Counted from the stretch's first letter, positions 30,818 through 40,177 are shown. The stretch: DNA of 44,206 nucleotides from an uncultured Muribaculaceae bacterium (GCA_964454255.1 CAYVSY010000002.1:1-44206); one strand, 5' to 3'. Numbers and translations are program-made. Notes: generated from the letters alone by a model not told the origin.

Positions 30818-32122
30818 TCACCCTTTCATGTTATCTTTAAGAAGTCTATTTAACTCAACAGCATATTCCATTGGTAACTCCTCTCTAAATTCATTAATAA
30901 ATCCCAAAACAATTAAATCCTTGGCATCATTTTCACTTATACCTCTTGTTTGTAGATAATATAATTGTTCTTCACCAATTTTAGAAACGGTTGCTTCATG
31001 TTCTAAAATCGATGACTCGTTATTAACAATATTGGTTGGGATAGTATCACTTTTGGATTTGTTGTCTAATAGTATTGTATCACATTTTACATTAGCGGTC
31101 GAATTATAAGCATTTCTTTCAATTTTGACAGTTCCACGATAAGTGGCATTTCCACCATTTGATGCAATAGATTTTGAAATTATAGTGCTTTTTGTATATG
31201 GAGCTAAGTGAATCATTTTAGCACCACTATCTTGAATTTGATTATTCGAAGCAGCCGCAATGGAAATACATTTTCCCTTGGCATATGGTTCATTTAATAT
31301 ACAACATGGATATTTCATATTGACATGTGAACCAATATTTCCATCAATCCATTCCATCAATCCATTTTCATTAACTAAAGCTCGTTTTGTAACTAAATTA
31401 TAAACATCATTTGACCAATTTTGAATAGTCGTGTAACGGCATTTAGCATTTTTACCTACAAATATTTCAACAACAGCGGCATGAAGAGCGTCACTTGTAT
31501 ATGTTGGTGCTGTGCATCCTTCAATGTAATATAATTCACTATCGTCATCAACAATTATCAGCGTTCTTTCAAATTGTCCCATATTACGAGTATTTATTCT
31601 AAAATAACTTTGAAGTGGTCTATCCAATTTAGTATTTTTGGGAATATATATGAATGTGCCACCACTCCAAACAGCACCGTTTAAAGCAGTCCATTTATTT
31701 TCATCATATTTTACTAATGAATTAAAATATTTTTTAAATAAATCAGGATATTTTTTATAAGCTGTATCAGTATCTAAAAAAATAACATTTTTATCACTTA
31801 ATTCTTTTATCATATTTTGATATATGACTTCACTATCGTATTGTGCATGTGAACCATCTAAGTATTTTTCTTCGGCTTTAATAACTCCTAATTGGTCAAA
31901 TACATTTTTAATGTTGCTATCTATATTATTCCAATTATTAGTTAAATCATTTATTCTTTTTTTGTAATAAGTGATATTATCAAGATTAATATTAATTTTT
32001 GGACCAAAATTTGGTTCTTTAATTTTTTTAAAATATTTTAAGCAATTAAGACGAAATTTTAACATAAAACTATCTTCGTTTTTAATGTTTGAAATTTCTT
32101 TAATTGTATTTTCATTTAGCAT
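30818..32122 (-). CDS. sufB: Fe-S cluster assembly protein SufB
   Basis: RTLIIVDDDSELYYIEGCTAP, HLAPYTKSTIISKSI, EATVSKIGEEQLYYLQTRGI, ELPMEYAVELNRL. Confidence 0.95.
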   Translation of the reverse strand: MLNENTIKEISNIKNEDSFMLKFRLNCLKYFKKIKEPNFGPKININLDNITYYKKRINDLTNNWNNIDSNIKNVFDQLGVIKAEEKYLDGSHAQYDSEVIYQNMIKELSDKNVIFLDTDTAYKKYPDLFKKYFNSLVKYDENKWTALNGAVWSGGTFIYIPKNTKLDRPLQSYFRINTRNMGQFERTLIIVDDDSELYYIEGCTAPTYTSDALHAAVVEIFVGKNAKCRYTTIQNWSNDVYNLVTKRALVNENGLMEWIDGNIGSHVNMKYPCCILNEPYAKGKCISIAAASNNQIQDSGAKMIHLAPYTKSTIISKSIASNGGNATYRGTVKIERNAYNSTANVKCDTILLDNKSKSDTIPTNIVNNESSILEHEATVSKIGEEQLYYLQTRGISENDAKDLIVLGFINEFREELPMEYAVELNRLLKDNMKG

Positions 32123-32138
32123 AATATCACCTATAATT

Positions 32139-32147
32139 ATTATAACA
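32139..32147 (-). promoter_or_regulatory. extended -10 (TGTTATAAT) upstream of sufB
   Basis: Minus strand reads TGTTATAATAATTATAGGTGATATTATG. It closely resembles the sufC upstream module. The leader would be very short. Confidence 0.3.
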
Positions 32148-32176
32148 TTTTAAATTAAAAACAACCATCAATTTAA

Positions 32177-32770
32177 TTATTTGATGCGTTGTTTATTCTT
32201 TATTGTGTCAATTTTACTATTTAATGTTTTGTAATTGTATTTATCTAAAAGCATTTTTATTAAAGTATCTTTATCACATTCGGCCATGATTTTTAATATA
32301 TCATCTTTTGACATATTATTTAATATGGCTGAAGAATTATTTTTAGATTTATTCATTTCGTTAATAAAAGCTATAAATTCATTTAATTCATCTAATTGAT
32401 TAGTATCATTATCATGTATTTCAATAGTAACTAATATAGAATCATTTTCTTTTTCTAATGTTATAGTAATAATATTATCGTTTTTTTTAATGCTTTTAAT
32501 ATATATATTCTTGGTTAATATATAATGTTCTAAAAATTGAGCTATGGTATTAATCCAATTATATTCTTTTTCTATTCTTTTGGCACATTTTAATTCATCT
32601 GTTATTTTACCTTCAGGAATTTTTATTTCATTAAAACAATTTAATAAAAACGAATTATCATAATATTTTATTAACATAATTTTTTCTCCAATTTTTTGTC
32701 CATTAATAGTATTTGGAGAATCTTTATGTAATGATTCATCAATTATATTATTAATATCAATTGTGTTCAT
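32177..32770 (-). CDS. hypothetical cytoplasmic protein
   Basis: 197-aa acidic, helix-rich ORF. GGGTGA RBS precedes the ATG at 32770. No recognisable motif. Confidence 0.5.
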   Translation of the reverse strand: MNTIDINNIIDESLHKDSPNTINGQKIGEKIMLIKYYDNSFLLNCFNEIKIPEGKITDELKCAKRIEKEYNWINTIAQFLEHYILTKNIYIKSIKKNDNIITITLEKENDSILVTIEIHDNDTNQLDELNEFIAFINEMNKSKNNSSAILNNMSKDDILKIMAECDKDTLIKMLLDKYNYKTLNSKIDTIKNKQRIK

Positions 32771-32855
32771 AAAATCACCCATAATGTGTATTATAGTTGA
32801 ATAAGTTATTTATGTCAACAAAAAAATGTGATATATTATTAAATGGAGGATATGT

Positions 32856-33719
32856 ATGAAAGAAAATATTGTTATTCGTAATAAAGTAGTTTCTACTGAT
32901 ATTATTATGAGGATGTTGGATTTATTGACTAATGAAAAAAACAAATATGAAATAGAGATGGATTCCAATAAAAATAGTTTTATTAAATATGAAATTACTA
33001 TTAAAGATAATTTGCCTTATATTTGCAATTCATATGAGGAATGTAAACAAATAATGTATAATAAATTATCAATGATTGAAAAAATAGATTGTTTATTAAA
33101 TGTTTCGTATTCTTCTGTGAATGAAAAAAACGATAAAATTGATAATGTTTCTTATATTCGTTTTATTGCGGTAGAAAATTTAATTGAAGTTATTTATAGT
33201 GGATATGATTTAAATAACTCTTTAAAAGATACATATTTATTTATTAAAGGGATGTTTAATAATTGTATAGATAGATATGATTGGATAGTTAAAAATAATT
33301 TTTTGATTAAGTATATAGTTTCAAATTCTTATTCATATATTTATGGAACGGGAATATGCATATTGTTAATGGCTTTAAGAGTTATTAGAAGTTTATATAG
33401 TTTTATTTTTGGATTTTTAATATTAGATATAATAATATCTTATATTATAGGTATATTTTTATTTGACAATGCTATATCATCATTATATAATTCAATATTA
33501 CCTAATAAAAAAAGAGTAGGATTTAAAAAAGGTGATTATAAAATAGTTAATGATATTGATAATTATAAGGAATATTCAGAAGTAATAATTGGTTCAAATG
33601 CTTTTAATTTAAAAAATAGAGAAGAAATTATGAAATTATATAATAGTCGCAAAAATATTTTTATAAAAGAACTGGGAATTATTTTTGTCTTATCCATAAT
33701 AATGGGATTGATAATATAA
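32856..33719 (+). CDS. hypothetical membrane protein (about 160-aa soluble N-domain, TM hairpin, C-terminal TM)
   Basis: 287-aa ORF behind a GGAGGA RBS. Hydrophobic stretches GTGICILLMAL, FIFGFLILDIIISYIIGIFLF and LGIIFVLSIIMGLII. No recognisable motif. Confidence 0.5.
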   Translation: MKENIVIRNKVVSTDIIMRMLDLLTNEKNKYEIEMDSNKNSFIKYEITIKDNLPYICNSYEECKQIMYNKLSMIEKIDCLLNVSYSSVNEKNDKIDNVSYIRFIAVENLIEVIYSGYDLNNSLKDTYLFIKGMFNNCIDRYDWIVKNNFLIKYIVSNSYSYIYGTGICILLMALRVIRSLYSFIFGFLILDIIISYIIGIFLFDNAISSLYNSILPNKKRVGFKKGDYKIVNDIDNYKEYSEVIIGSNAFNLKNREEIMKLYNSRKNIFIKELGIIFVLSIIMGLII

Positions 33720-33720
33720 A

Positions 33721-33749
33721 AAGAATTGTCTATTTTTTTAACAATTCTT
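33721..33749. terminator. bidirectional hairpin between the convergent hypothetical gene and sufU
   Basis: AAGAATTGT-(11 nt)-ACAATTCTT, flanked by A and T runs. The 3' arm lies in the last sufU codons. Confidence 0.5.
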
Positions 33750-34149
33750 TTTCAATGCCCTTCCAACTTAATGTAGCACAATTTTTTCTTGAGGGTTGTT
33801 TTCCTATATCATTATATACAATGGCTTCTTTTAAAAGATCTTTATTATAATCTTTTTCATCAATCATATTATTGTAATTATTAATAATTTTTTTTGCTTC
33901 TTCTAATGTTTTTCCAATTAATAATTTAGTCATTATTGATGTTGATGATATACATATAACACATGCTTCACCATCAAATTTTAAATCTTTTATAATATTA
34001 TTTTCAATTAATAAATATAAATCAATGTTGTCTATACAAGAATTACTTCTAGTATTTAGTTTAATATATTGATTGTTGTTAATTCTATTCCTATTTGCTG
34101 GATTATTGTAATTATCTAATATAATACTTCTTTTTAATTCGTCATTCAT
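33730..34149 (-). CDS. sufU: SufU (IscU-like) sulfur-transfer/scaffold protein
   Basis: NPANRN, NSCIDNIDLYL, GEACVICISSTSIM, CATLSW. Confidence 0.9.
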   Translation of the reverse strand: MNDELKRSIILDNYNNPANRNRINNNQYIKLNTRSNSCIDNIDLYLLIENNIIKDLKFDGEACVICISSTSIMTKLLIGKTLEEAKKIINNYNNMIDEKDYNKDLLKEAIVYNDIGKQPSRKNCATLSWKGIEKELLKK

Positions 34150-34157
34150 AGTATCAC

Positions 34158-35354
34158 CTATAATATTTCCTTATATATGTTTTTGATATTTTTTAGAGCA
34201 TTAATTAATAAATCTATTTCTTCTTTGGTATTATACATGGCTAGACTAATGCGACATGTATTTGCAATTCCTATTTCATCTTTTAAAATTTTAGCACAAT
34301 GATTTCCAGCTCTAATGCATATATTATATTTATTCAGATAAATAGCTGTGTCTTGGCTAAAAACATTTTTAACGTTAAAAGCCACAATGCTTCCTTTGCT
34401 ATTTTCATCATAAATAGTAATAAAATCCAATTTTTTAAGTTCATTAACTAAATATTCTCTTATTTCATATATATATTTATTAATTTTTTTTATTCCAATA
34501 TTGTTTATATAATTAACGGCTTCAGCAAAGCCAATTGCACCAGCGATGTTTTGAGTTCCAGCTTCTAATTTTTCTGGTAGTTCTTTTAATTCAATATTAG
34601 TATCGTTTTCAAAATTACTATTCATGCCACCGCCATAATTCAACGGAACAACGTTACTTAATAATTTATATTTTCCATATAAAATACCAGTTCCAGTTGG
34701 GCCATACATTTTATGAGCTGAAAAAGCAAGAAAATCAATATCTAGATCTTGAACATCGATGATATTATGGCACATGCCTTGTGCCCCGTCAACAACAATT
34801 AATATATTGTTTTCGTGAGCTAATTTAGCAATATTTTTTATATCTCTAGTATCGCCAATAACATTTGTCGTTAGAGCTAATGAAATTACTTTGGTGTTTA
34901 TATTTATTATTTTTTTGATGTTGTCTAAAGTTACTTCTTTATTTTTATTCAAATCAACATATCTAATTTTTAAGTTAAGATTCTTGGCAATTATAAACCA
35001 TGGTAATATATTAGAAGCATGTTCACTTTTACTTAGTATTATTTCATCGTTTTTCTTTAAAATATTTTTAAAATATCCAAAAACAATTTGATTTAAGCTA
35101 TTTGTTGTTCCAGAAGTCCATATTATTTCTCTTACATCTTTAGCATTTATAAAATTTTTAATTGTTTCTCTAGCATTTTCAAAAGCATCACTAGCATCAA
35201 TACTAATATTATAATCGCCTCGATGGACATTGGCACAATAATAATTATAGTAATTGTCCATGGCTTCAATAACTATCTTTGGTTTAAATGTTGTAGCACT
35301 ATTATCAAAATAAATTATATTATTGTTTAGCATATTGAAATCTTCTCTATTCAT
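34158..35354 (-). CDS. sufS: cysteine desulfurase SufS
   Basis: FDNSATT, VHRGDY, FSAHKMYGPTGTGILYG (PLP Lys), IRAGNHCA (catalytic Cys). Confidence 0.95.
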   Translation of the reverse strand: MNREDFNMLNNNIIYFDNSATTFKPKIVIEAMDNYYNYYCANVHRGDYNISIDASDAFENARETIKNFINAKDVREIIWTSGTTNSLNQIVFGYFKNILKKNDEIILSKSEHASNILPWFIIAKNLNLKIRYVDLNKNKEVTLDNIKKIININTKVISLALTTNVIGDTRDIKNIAKLAHENNILIVVDGAQGMCHNIIDVQDLDIDFLAFSAHKMYGPTGTGILYGKYKLLSNVVPLNYGGGMNSNFENDTNIELKELPEKLEAGTQNIAGAIGFAEAVNYINNIGIKKINKYIYEIREYLVNELKKLDFITIYDENSKGSIVAFNVKNVFSQDTAIYLNKYNICIRAGNHCAKILKDEIGIANTCRISLAMYNTKEEIDLLINALKNIKNIYKEIL

Positions 35355-35358
35355 ATTG

Positions 35359-36144
35359 TCACCTCCAATATTTATTAAATATATTTAATATTTTTTCTCT
35401 AATTTCAATAGGACAATCTAAATTTTTAAATAAAAATCCTTTTATAAGTAGTTTTATGGAATCGTTATAAGATATACCTTTTGTCATTAAATAAAAAATA
35501 TCATTTTGATTAAAAGAGCCAATAGTTGAAGAGTGTTTTGCCACAACATCAGCTTCTTCAATATACATATTTGGCTTAATGATAGAGTTGTTTTTATCCA
35601 TAACAATTATTCTACTTTCTTGATTTAATATACAATTTTTATTATTTTTAGGTAAATAACTATTAACATCAAATTCTAAGCAAGAATTATTTAAAACGAT
35701 AGCTGAGTTGTTTATATTACTAATAGTGTTCTTTCTGTTGTGCTTAATTGTAATAATATAATTTTCTGAATTATAACTTATGCATGCAAAATTATAATTA
35801 ATAATACTATTTTCGCCGTTTAAATTAATTATTATTTCGTTATTACACTTTTTGTTGTTAAAAAATGAAGAGATGTTTAGAGTTGCATTTTTCTTAGTAA
35901 TGTATTCATTTTTAATATTTATATCATTATCAATACTAAATTCAAAGATTTTGGCTATTACATAATTGTTTATTTCAAAAATAATATTAATATTATCACA
36001 ATTTATATATTCAATATTAATTAATGAATTATTTTTAACAATTATTTTGTTATCAAAACATTTTATGTTTTCATTATCAATAATTGGTAATTTATTATTT
36101 ATCACTAATATATTATTCATTATTGAAACTTCCGTTAATATCAT
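35359..36144 (-). CDS. sufD: SufD-like Fe-S assembly protein (short form)
   Basis: Lies between sufC and sufS. C-terminal AKHSSTIGSFNQNDIFYLMTKGISYNDSIKLLIKGF matches the SufB/D fold. The start may instead be the ATG at 36120. Confidence 0.7.
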   Translation of the reverse strand: MILTEVSIMNNILVINNKLPIIDNENIKCFDNKIIVKNNSLINIEYINCDNINIIFEINNYVIAKIFEFSIDNDINIKNEYITKKNATLNISSFFNNKKCNNEIIINLNGENSIINYNFACISYNSENYIITIKHNRKNTISNINNSAIVLNNSCLEFDVNSYLPKNNKNCILNQESRIIVMDKNNSIIKPNMYIEEADVVAKHSSTIGSFNQNDIFYLMTKGISYNDSIKLLIKGFLFKNLDCPIEIREKILNIFNKYWR

Positions 36145-36877
36145 TTGTCACAATTTTATAGCCGTTTTTTTCTATTTCTAGAGCTAGATTATAAGAACCT
36201 GTTTTAGAAATTTTTCCTGATGTTAGAATATGAACATAATCGGGTTTTAAATATTCTAATATTCTAGGATAGTGTGTAATTATTAATAATGATGTTTGTT
36301 TATTATCTTTAATATAATTTTTTATATTTTCACATACAGTTATAAGACTATCAACATCGAGGCCTGAATCTAATTCATCTAAAATAATTAAATTTGGTTT
36401 TAATAATTTAATTTGAAGGACTTCGTTTTTTTTCTTTTCGCCACCAGAAAAACCAACATTAAATGAACGGTGAATCATTTCTTTATCCATTTTTAATTCA
36501 TTGATACTTTTTTCACATTTCATCATAAAATCATATAAACCAATATATTTATTTTGATGGGCGTTCATAGCTGTTCGTAAAACATCTTGATTACAAACAC
36601 CATCTATAGATGGTGGAGTTTGCATACATACAAATATACCTAATTTGCTTCTTTCGTCGGTTTTGTGATTTAAGATGCTTGTTTCATTATATATAATATC
36701 GCCGCTTTTAATATTATAATTTTTATCACCCATAATAACTTTAGTTAAAGTTGATTTTCCAACACCATTTGGTCCCATAATAGCGTGAATTTCACCATCA
36801 TTAATATTGATGTTAAAATCATTCAAGATATTTTTATTATTTATACTAACATTTAAGTTTTTAATATTTAAACTCAT
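36113..36877 (-). CDS. sufC: Fe-S cluster assembly ATPase SufC
   Basis: MSLNIKNLNV..., GPNGVGKST, FSGGEKKKNEVLQ, LIILDELDSGLD, IITHY. The track ORF is extended upstream artificially. Confidence 0.95.
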   Translation of the reverse strand: MSLNIKNLNVSINNKNILNDFNININDGEIHAIMGPNGVGKSTLTKVIMGDKNYNIKSGDIIYNETSILNHKTDERSKLGIFVCMQTPPSIDGVCNQDVLRTAMNAHQNKYIGLYDFMMKCEKSINELKMDKEMIHRSFNVGFSGGEKKKNEVLQIKLLKPNLIILDELDSGLDVDSLITVCENIKNYIKDNKQTSLLIITHYPRILEYLKPDYVHILTSGKISKTGSYNLALEIEKNGYKIVTNDINGSFNNE

Positions 36878-36892
36878 AAAATCACCATATTT

Positions 36893-36901
36893 ATTATAAC
36901 A
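36893..36901 (-). promoter_or_regulatory. extended -10 (TGTTATAAT) upstream of sufC
   Basis: Minus strand reads TGTGTTATAATAAATATGGTGATTTTATG, just after the sigma-gene terminator. Confidence 0.35.
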
Positions 36902-36908
36902 CAGAAAG

Positions 36909-36932
36909 AAAAAAACATATAAGAAATATATG
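36909..36932 (-). terminator. intrinsic terminator after the downstream sigma gene
   Basis: Minus strand: CATATA-tttct-TATATG followed by T7. Confidence 0.5.
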
Positions 36933-36933
36933 C

Positions 36934-38025
36934 TTAATCTAATAAATGTTTTAAACACGTAGCTTTATTTGAATATCTTAGTTTTCGTATAGCTTGAGAT
37001 TCAATTATTTTGACTTTTTTAGCAGTTAAATTCATTTTTTCTCCAATTTCTCTTAAATTCATTGGTTTATTATTTTTTAATCCATAGCTAAGAATAATAA
37101 TCTCGCGTTCTATTGGTTCTAATGTGGTGAGAACTTCTATAATTTTTTCTTTTTTTAAAGAATTAAAAATAATATCAATATTTTCTGGTTCTCTACTTTC
37201 AATGAAGTCGCCTAATTCCATATCATTATCATCACTAATAGAAATGTTTAAACTAGTTATTTGTTGAATTTGAATAAATTTTTTTATTTCTTTTAATTTT
37301 TTGGTATTCCAATTTAAATTATTCATAATTTGTTCATCTGTAGGTTCTTCACAATTTATATTTATATATTCTTGAATATAATTGTAATATTTTCTAATCC
37401 ATTCTGATGCATGTCTAGATATTTTTATTATATTTGAGTTGTTACTTATCCATTTTTTTATTGATTGTTTAATCCACCAAGTTGCATAGGTTGAGAATCG
37501 ATAGCCTTTTTTAGGATCAAATTTTTCAACAGCTTTAATTAGTCCTAAATTACCAGCTTGAATTAAATCTAATAAGTTTATCTCTTTAATAAAACAAAAT
37601 TTTTTAGCAATAGATACAACTAATCTTAAATTGTGATTAATGATAATATCACGATTTTCATTGTCATGATAATTGTTATAATCTGTTGTATATTTTATTT
37701 CTTCTTCAATTGTAAGTAATGAATATTGTTCAATTTCATTTAAATATTGAGTTAAATTATTATCACTTAAAAATATTTTATCATCATTTTCAGAGTTATT
37801 TTTTTGATTTAATATATTTAATAATTTATTTCCAATTTTTTCAAATTTATTTTTTTCTTCTTTGATCTTTAAAGTATTTGTAAATTTTTCTATATAGTTT
37901 CTTATTTCTATATTTGTATATTTATTTTCAATTTGTTTGATAAATTCATTAGTCCATTCATTATTAATTATGTTATCAAAAAATATAATACAATCTGATT
38001 CTAAAATATTATTTAAATCTTCCAT
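36934..38025 (-). CDS. sigma-70 family RNA polymerase sigma factor, divergent SigA-like paralog
   Basis: [48 protein letters not shown], region 4 [28 protein letters not shown]-terminal LKHLLD. Confidence 0.85.
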   Translation of the reverse strand: MEDLNNILESDCIIFFDNIINNEWTNEFIKQIENKYTNIEIRNYIEKFTNTLKIKEEKNKFEKIGNKLLNILNQKNNSENDDKIFLSDNNLTQYLNEIEQYSLLTIEEEIKYTTDYNNYHDNENRDIIINHNLRLVVSIAKKFCFIKEINLLDLIQAGNLGLIKAVEKFDPKKGYRFSTYATWWIKQSIKKWISNNSNIIKISRHASEWIRKYYNYIQEYININCEEPTDEQIMNNLNWNTKKLKEIKKFIQIQQITSLNISISDDNDMELGDFIESREPENIDIIFNSLKKEKIIEVLTTLEPIEREIIILSYGLKNNKPMNLREIGEKMNLTAKKVKIIESQAIRKLRYSNKATCLKHLLD

Positions 38026-38042
38026 AAAATTATACTCCTTTG

Positions 38043-38890
38043 TTATATATTTAAATCCATGTATATTTTTAATTCATCTTTTTCTTTTCTTTTTTGGAAT
38101 TTCTTTAGCACTTTTTGTTTTGTTTGATTTGTTTTATTGCCCCTTTTATATGCTGGAGGGGTCACATTAGTAATAAAACCAAAACTTTGTAGTAATACTT
38201 TTTTTTCATTGTTAGTTAAATTTATAGTGTTAATAAATTTCATAACATCGTCTCTTTTTTGAATATTAACAATTTCATCTTCAATATTAATATTATTATT
38301 TCCATAAGTATCATTATTTATTTCATCTAAACTAATTAATTCATAAGTTTTATCAATTATTTCTAAAACATTATACAATTTTTTATAAGTTAAATTTAAT
38401 TTATTTTTAATATCTTCAAAAGTTGGATTATCACCATTTTCGTTGAAATAATTTTTACAATAATTTTTAATTTTAATGATTAATTCATTCATATAAGATG
38501 GAATTCTTATTATTGAACCATAGTTATCTATAGCTCTTGTAATATAGTGATTTATCCATTGGACGGCATAAGTAGAAAATCTAAATCCTTTTGTTGAATC
38601 AAATTTTTCAATAGCTTTTATTAGGCCAATATTATCTTTTTGAATTAAGTCAAGAAGTGATGAACCTTTATTAATATGATTTTGAGCAATAGATATGACT
38701 AATTTTAAATTGTGTGTAACTAATTCGTTTTTCAGTTCATTTTTTTCTATTTCATCGGAACTATTAAAATATTTTGTTATTAAGGTTAATTCTTCTTCTT
38801 TAGTTAATAACCTTAAATTACCAATTTCTTTAAAATATTCTATACAATCCCTTTCAAAATATTTTTTTTATAACATAGCGTTTTATTCAT
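38043..38890 (-). pseudogene. shorter sigma-70 paralog interrupted by a frameshift in an A8 run near codon 9
   Basis: AAAGGAG RBS plus ATG at 38890 gives MNKTLCYKKNILKGIV*. A frame open from 38867 reads KKYFERDCIEYFKEIGNLRLLTKEEE...HNLKLVISIAQ...[25 protein letters not shown]... and runs into track ORF 38043..38492. Total length is 848 nt, i.e. 3n+2. Confidence 0.7.
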
Positions 38891-38944
38891 GTTGTGTCTC
38901 CTTTTATAATAATAAATATATTTATACTTTTATATTTATGCTTT

Positions 38945-38969
38945 AAAAAAACATATAAAAATTATATGT
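38945..38969 (-). terminator. intrinsic terminator after the upstream sigma gene
   Basis: Minus strand: ACATATAA-ttt-TTATATGT followed by T7. Confidence 0.6.
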
Positions 38970-40076
38970 TTAATCTAATAAATCTTTTAAATGACTAAAT
39001 TTACTGGATTTTTGCAATTTGCGCAAGGTTTTTGCTTCAATTTGTCTTATTCTTTCTCTAGTAACATAAAATTCTTTTCCCACTTCTTCTAGTGTTTTAG
39101 GAATATCATCTTTAAGTCCAAAACGTAATTCTATAACTTTTCTTTCTTTTTTAGTTAAACTTTTTAAAGCATTTGATATGTTTTTTTTCTTTAAGTTATT
39201 AAAAACTTCTTCTTCTGTAGATAGAGCATCTTGATCAATTATTAATTCGCCTAATTCTGTATCGTTACTTTCTCCATTTGTAATAGTTTCATTTAAACTT
39301 CTTAAATGTTGATTACTACTTGTAATAATTAATTCTTTAGCTTTTTTTTCATCAATATCAAAATGTTCCATTATTTCATCAAGCGTAGGTTCTCTATAGT
39401 TTATGTTTAAAAATTCTTTAACATAACTATAATATTTATTAATTTGTTCACTCATATGAACGGGTATTCTTATCGTTCTAATTTGATCAGATAAATTTCT
39501 TGTGATTGACTGTCTAATCCACCAAGTTGCATAAGTTGAAAGTCTATATCCTTTACTGGGATTAAATTTTTCAATAGCTTTTATTAGCCCTATATTGCCG
39601 GATTGAATTACGTCACTAAAATCCAATCCTTTATTTATGTATCTTTTAGCAATTGATACAACTAATCTTAGGTTGCGTTCAATTAAAACATTTTTACTTT
39701 CATCATCATGGTTGTGGTAGTAAGTTGAAGTCAATTTAAATTCTTCTTCATTAGTTAATAATGGATATTGACCAATTTCTTTAAAATATTGTTTTACTGA
39801 ATCTTCTTCAACATAATTTTTGTTAATCACAACATCATATTCAACTGGTTCATCCGTTTTTGTATATGGGAAAATTATACTAAAAAGTTCTTCGTATTTT
39901 TCTATTTCTTCTTTGCTTTGCAAAGTGTTTATTATTTCATTGGCATACTCATCCATCATATCAAAAGTATATTTATTTTCCAAAGCTTTAATGTATTCGG
40001 GTGATAAATTATTTTTTAAAATATCATCTAAAAAACTTTTACATGCTGGTCTTAAAATTTCATTTCTTTCATCCAT
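38970..40076 (-). CDS. RNA polymerase sigma factor, SigA/RpoD-like
   Basis: [99 protein letters not shown]-terminal LKDLLD. Confidence 0.9.
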   Translation of the reverse strand: MDERNEILRPACKSFLDDILKNNLSPEYIKALENKYTFDMMDEYANEIINTLQSKEEIEKYEELFSIIFPYTKTDEPVEYDVVINKNYVEEDSVKQYFKEIGQYPLLTNEEEFKLTSTYYHNHDDESKNVLIERNLRLVVSIAKRYINKGLDFSDVIQSGNIGLIKAIEKFNPSKGYRLSTYATWWIRQSITRNLSDQIRTIRIPVHMSEQINKYYSYVKEFLNINYREPTLDEIMEHFDIDEKKAKELIITSSNQHLRSLNETITNGESNDTELGELIIDQDALSTEEEVFNNLKKKNISNALKSLTKKERKVIELRFGLKDDIPKTLEEVGKEFYVTRERIRQIEAKTLRKLQKSSKFSHLKDLLD

Positions 40077-40106
40077 AAAATTTTGCCCCCTTTTTGATAA
40101 TTTAGT

Positions 40107-40135
40107 ATGTTAACATAAAAAATATGTTTTGTCAA
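40107..40135 (-). promoter_or_regulatory. putative promoter of the SigA-like gene
   Basis: Minus strand: TTGACA, 17 nt, TAACAT, upstream of an AAAGGGGG RBS. Confidence 0.35.
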
Positions 40136-40177
40136 ATGTTTTTAATTTAATTTGACATCAAAATACAAATATTTGAA

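Noticed and set aside
30818-30820. Mollicutes-type genetic code (TGA = Trp), considered because of the extreme AT content.
   Set aside because: Trp is consistently TGG in conserved positions (for example WWI in the sigma factors). TGA ends sufB three residues short of where I recall the B. subtilis SufB C-terminus ending, and read-through would add only unrelated sequence. TGA also ends the S24 repressor gene, directly inside the terminator hairpin.
28502-30825. XRE regulator + SSB + amidase as a prophage remnant.
   Set aside because: There is no integrase, structural, terminase or att-like repeat nearby. Each gene type also occurs as an ordinary chromosomal gene. The point is kept only as a caveat in the SSB finding.
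38695-38946. 83-aa plus-strand ORF in the gap between the sigma genes.
   Set aside because: It is antisense to the frameshifted sigma paralog, whose region 2 sequence is clearly readable on the minus strand.
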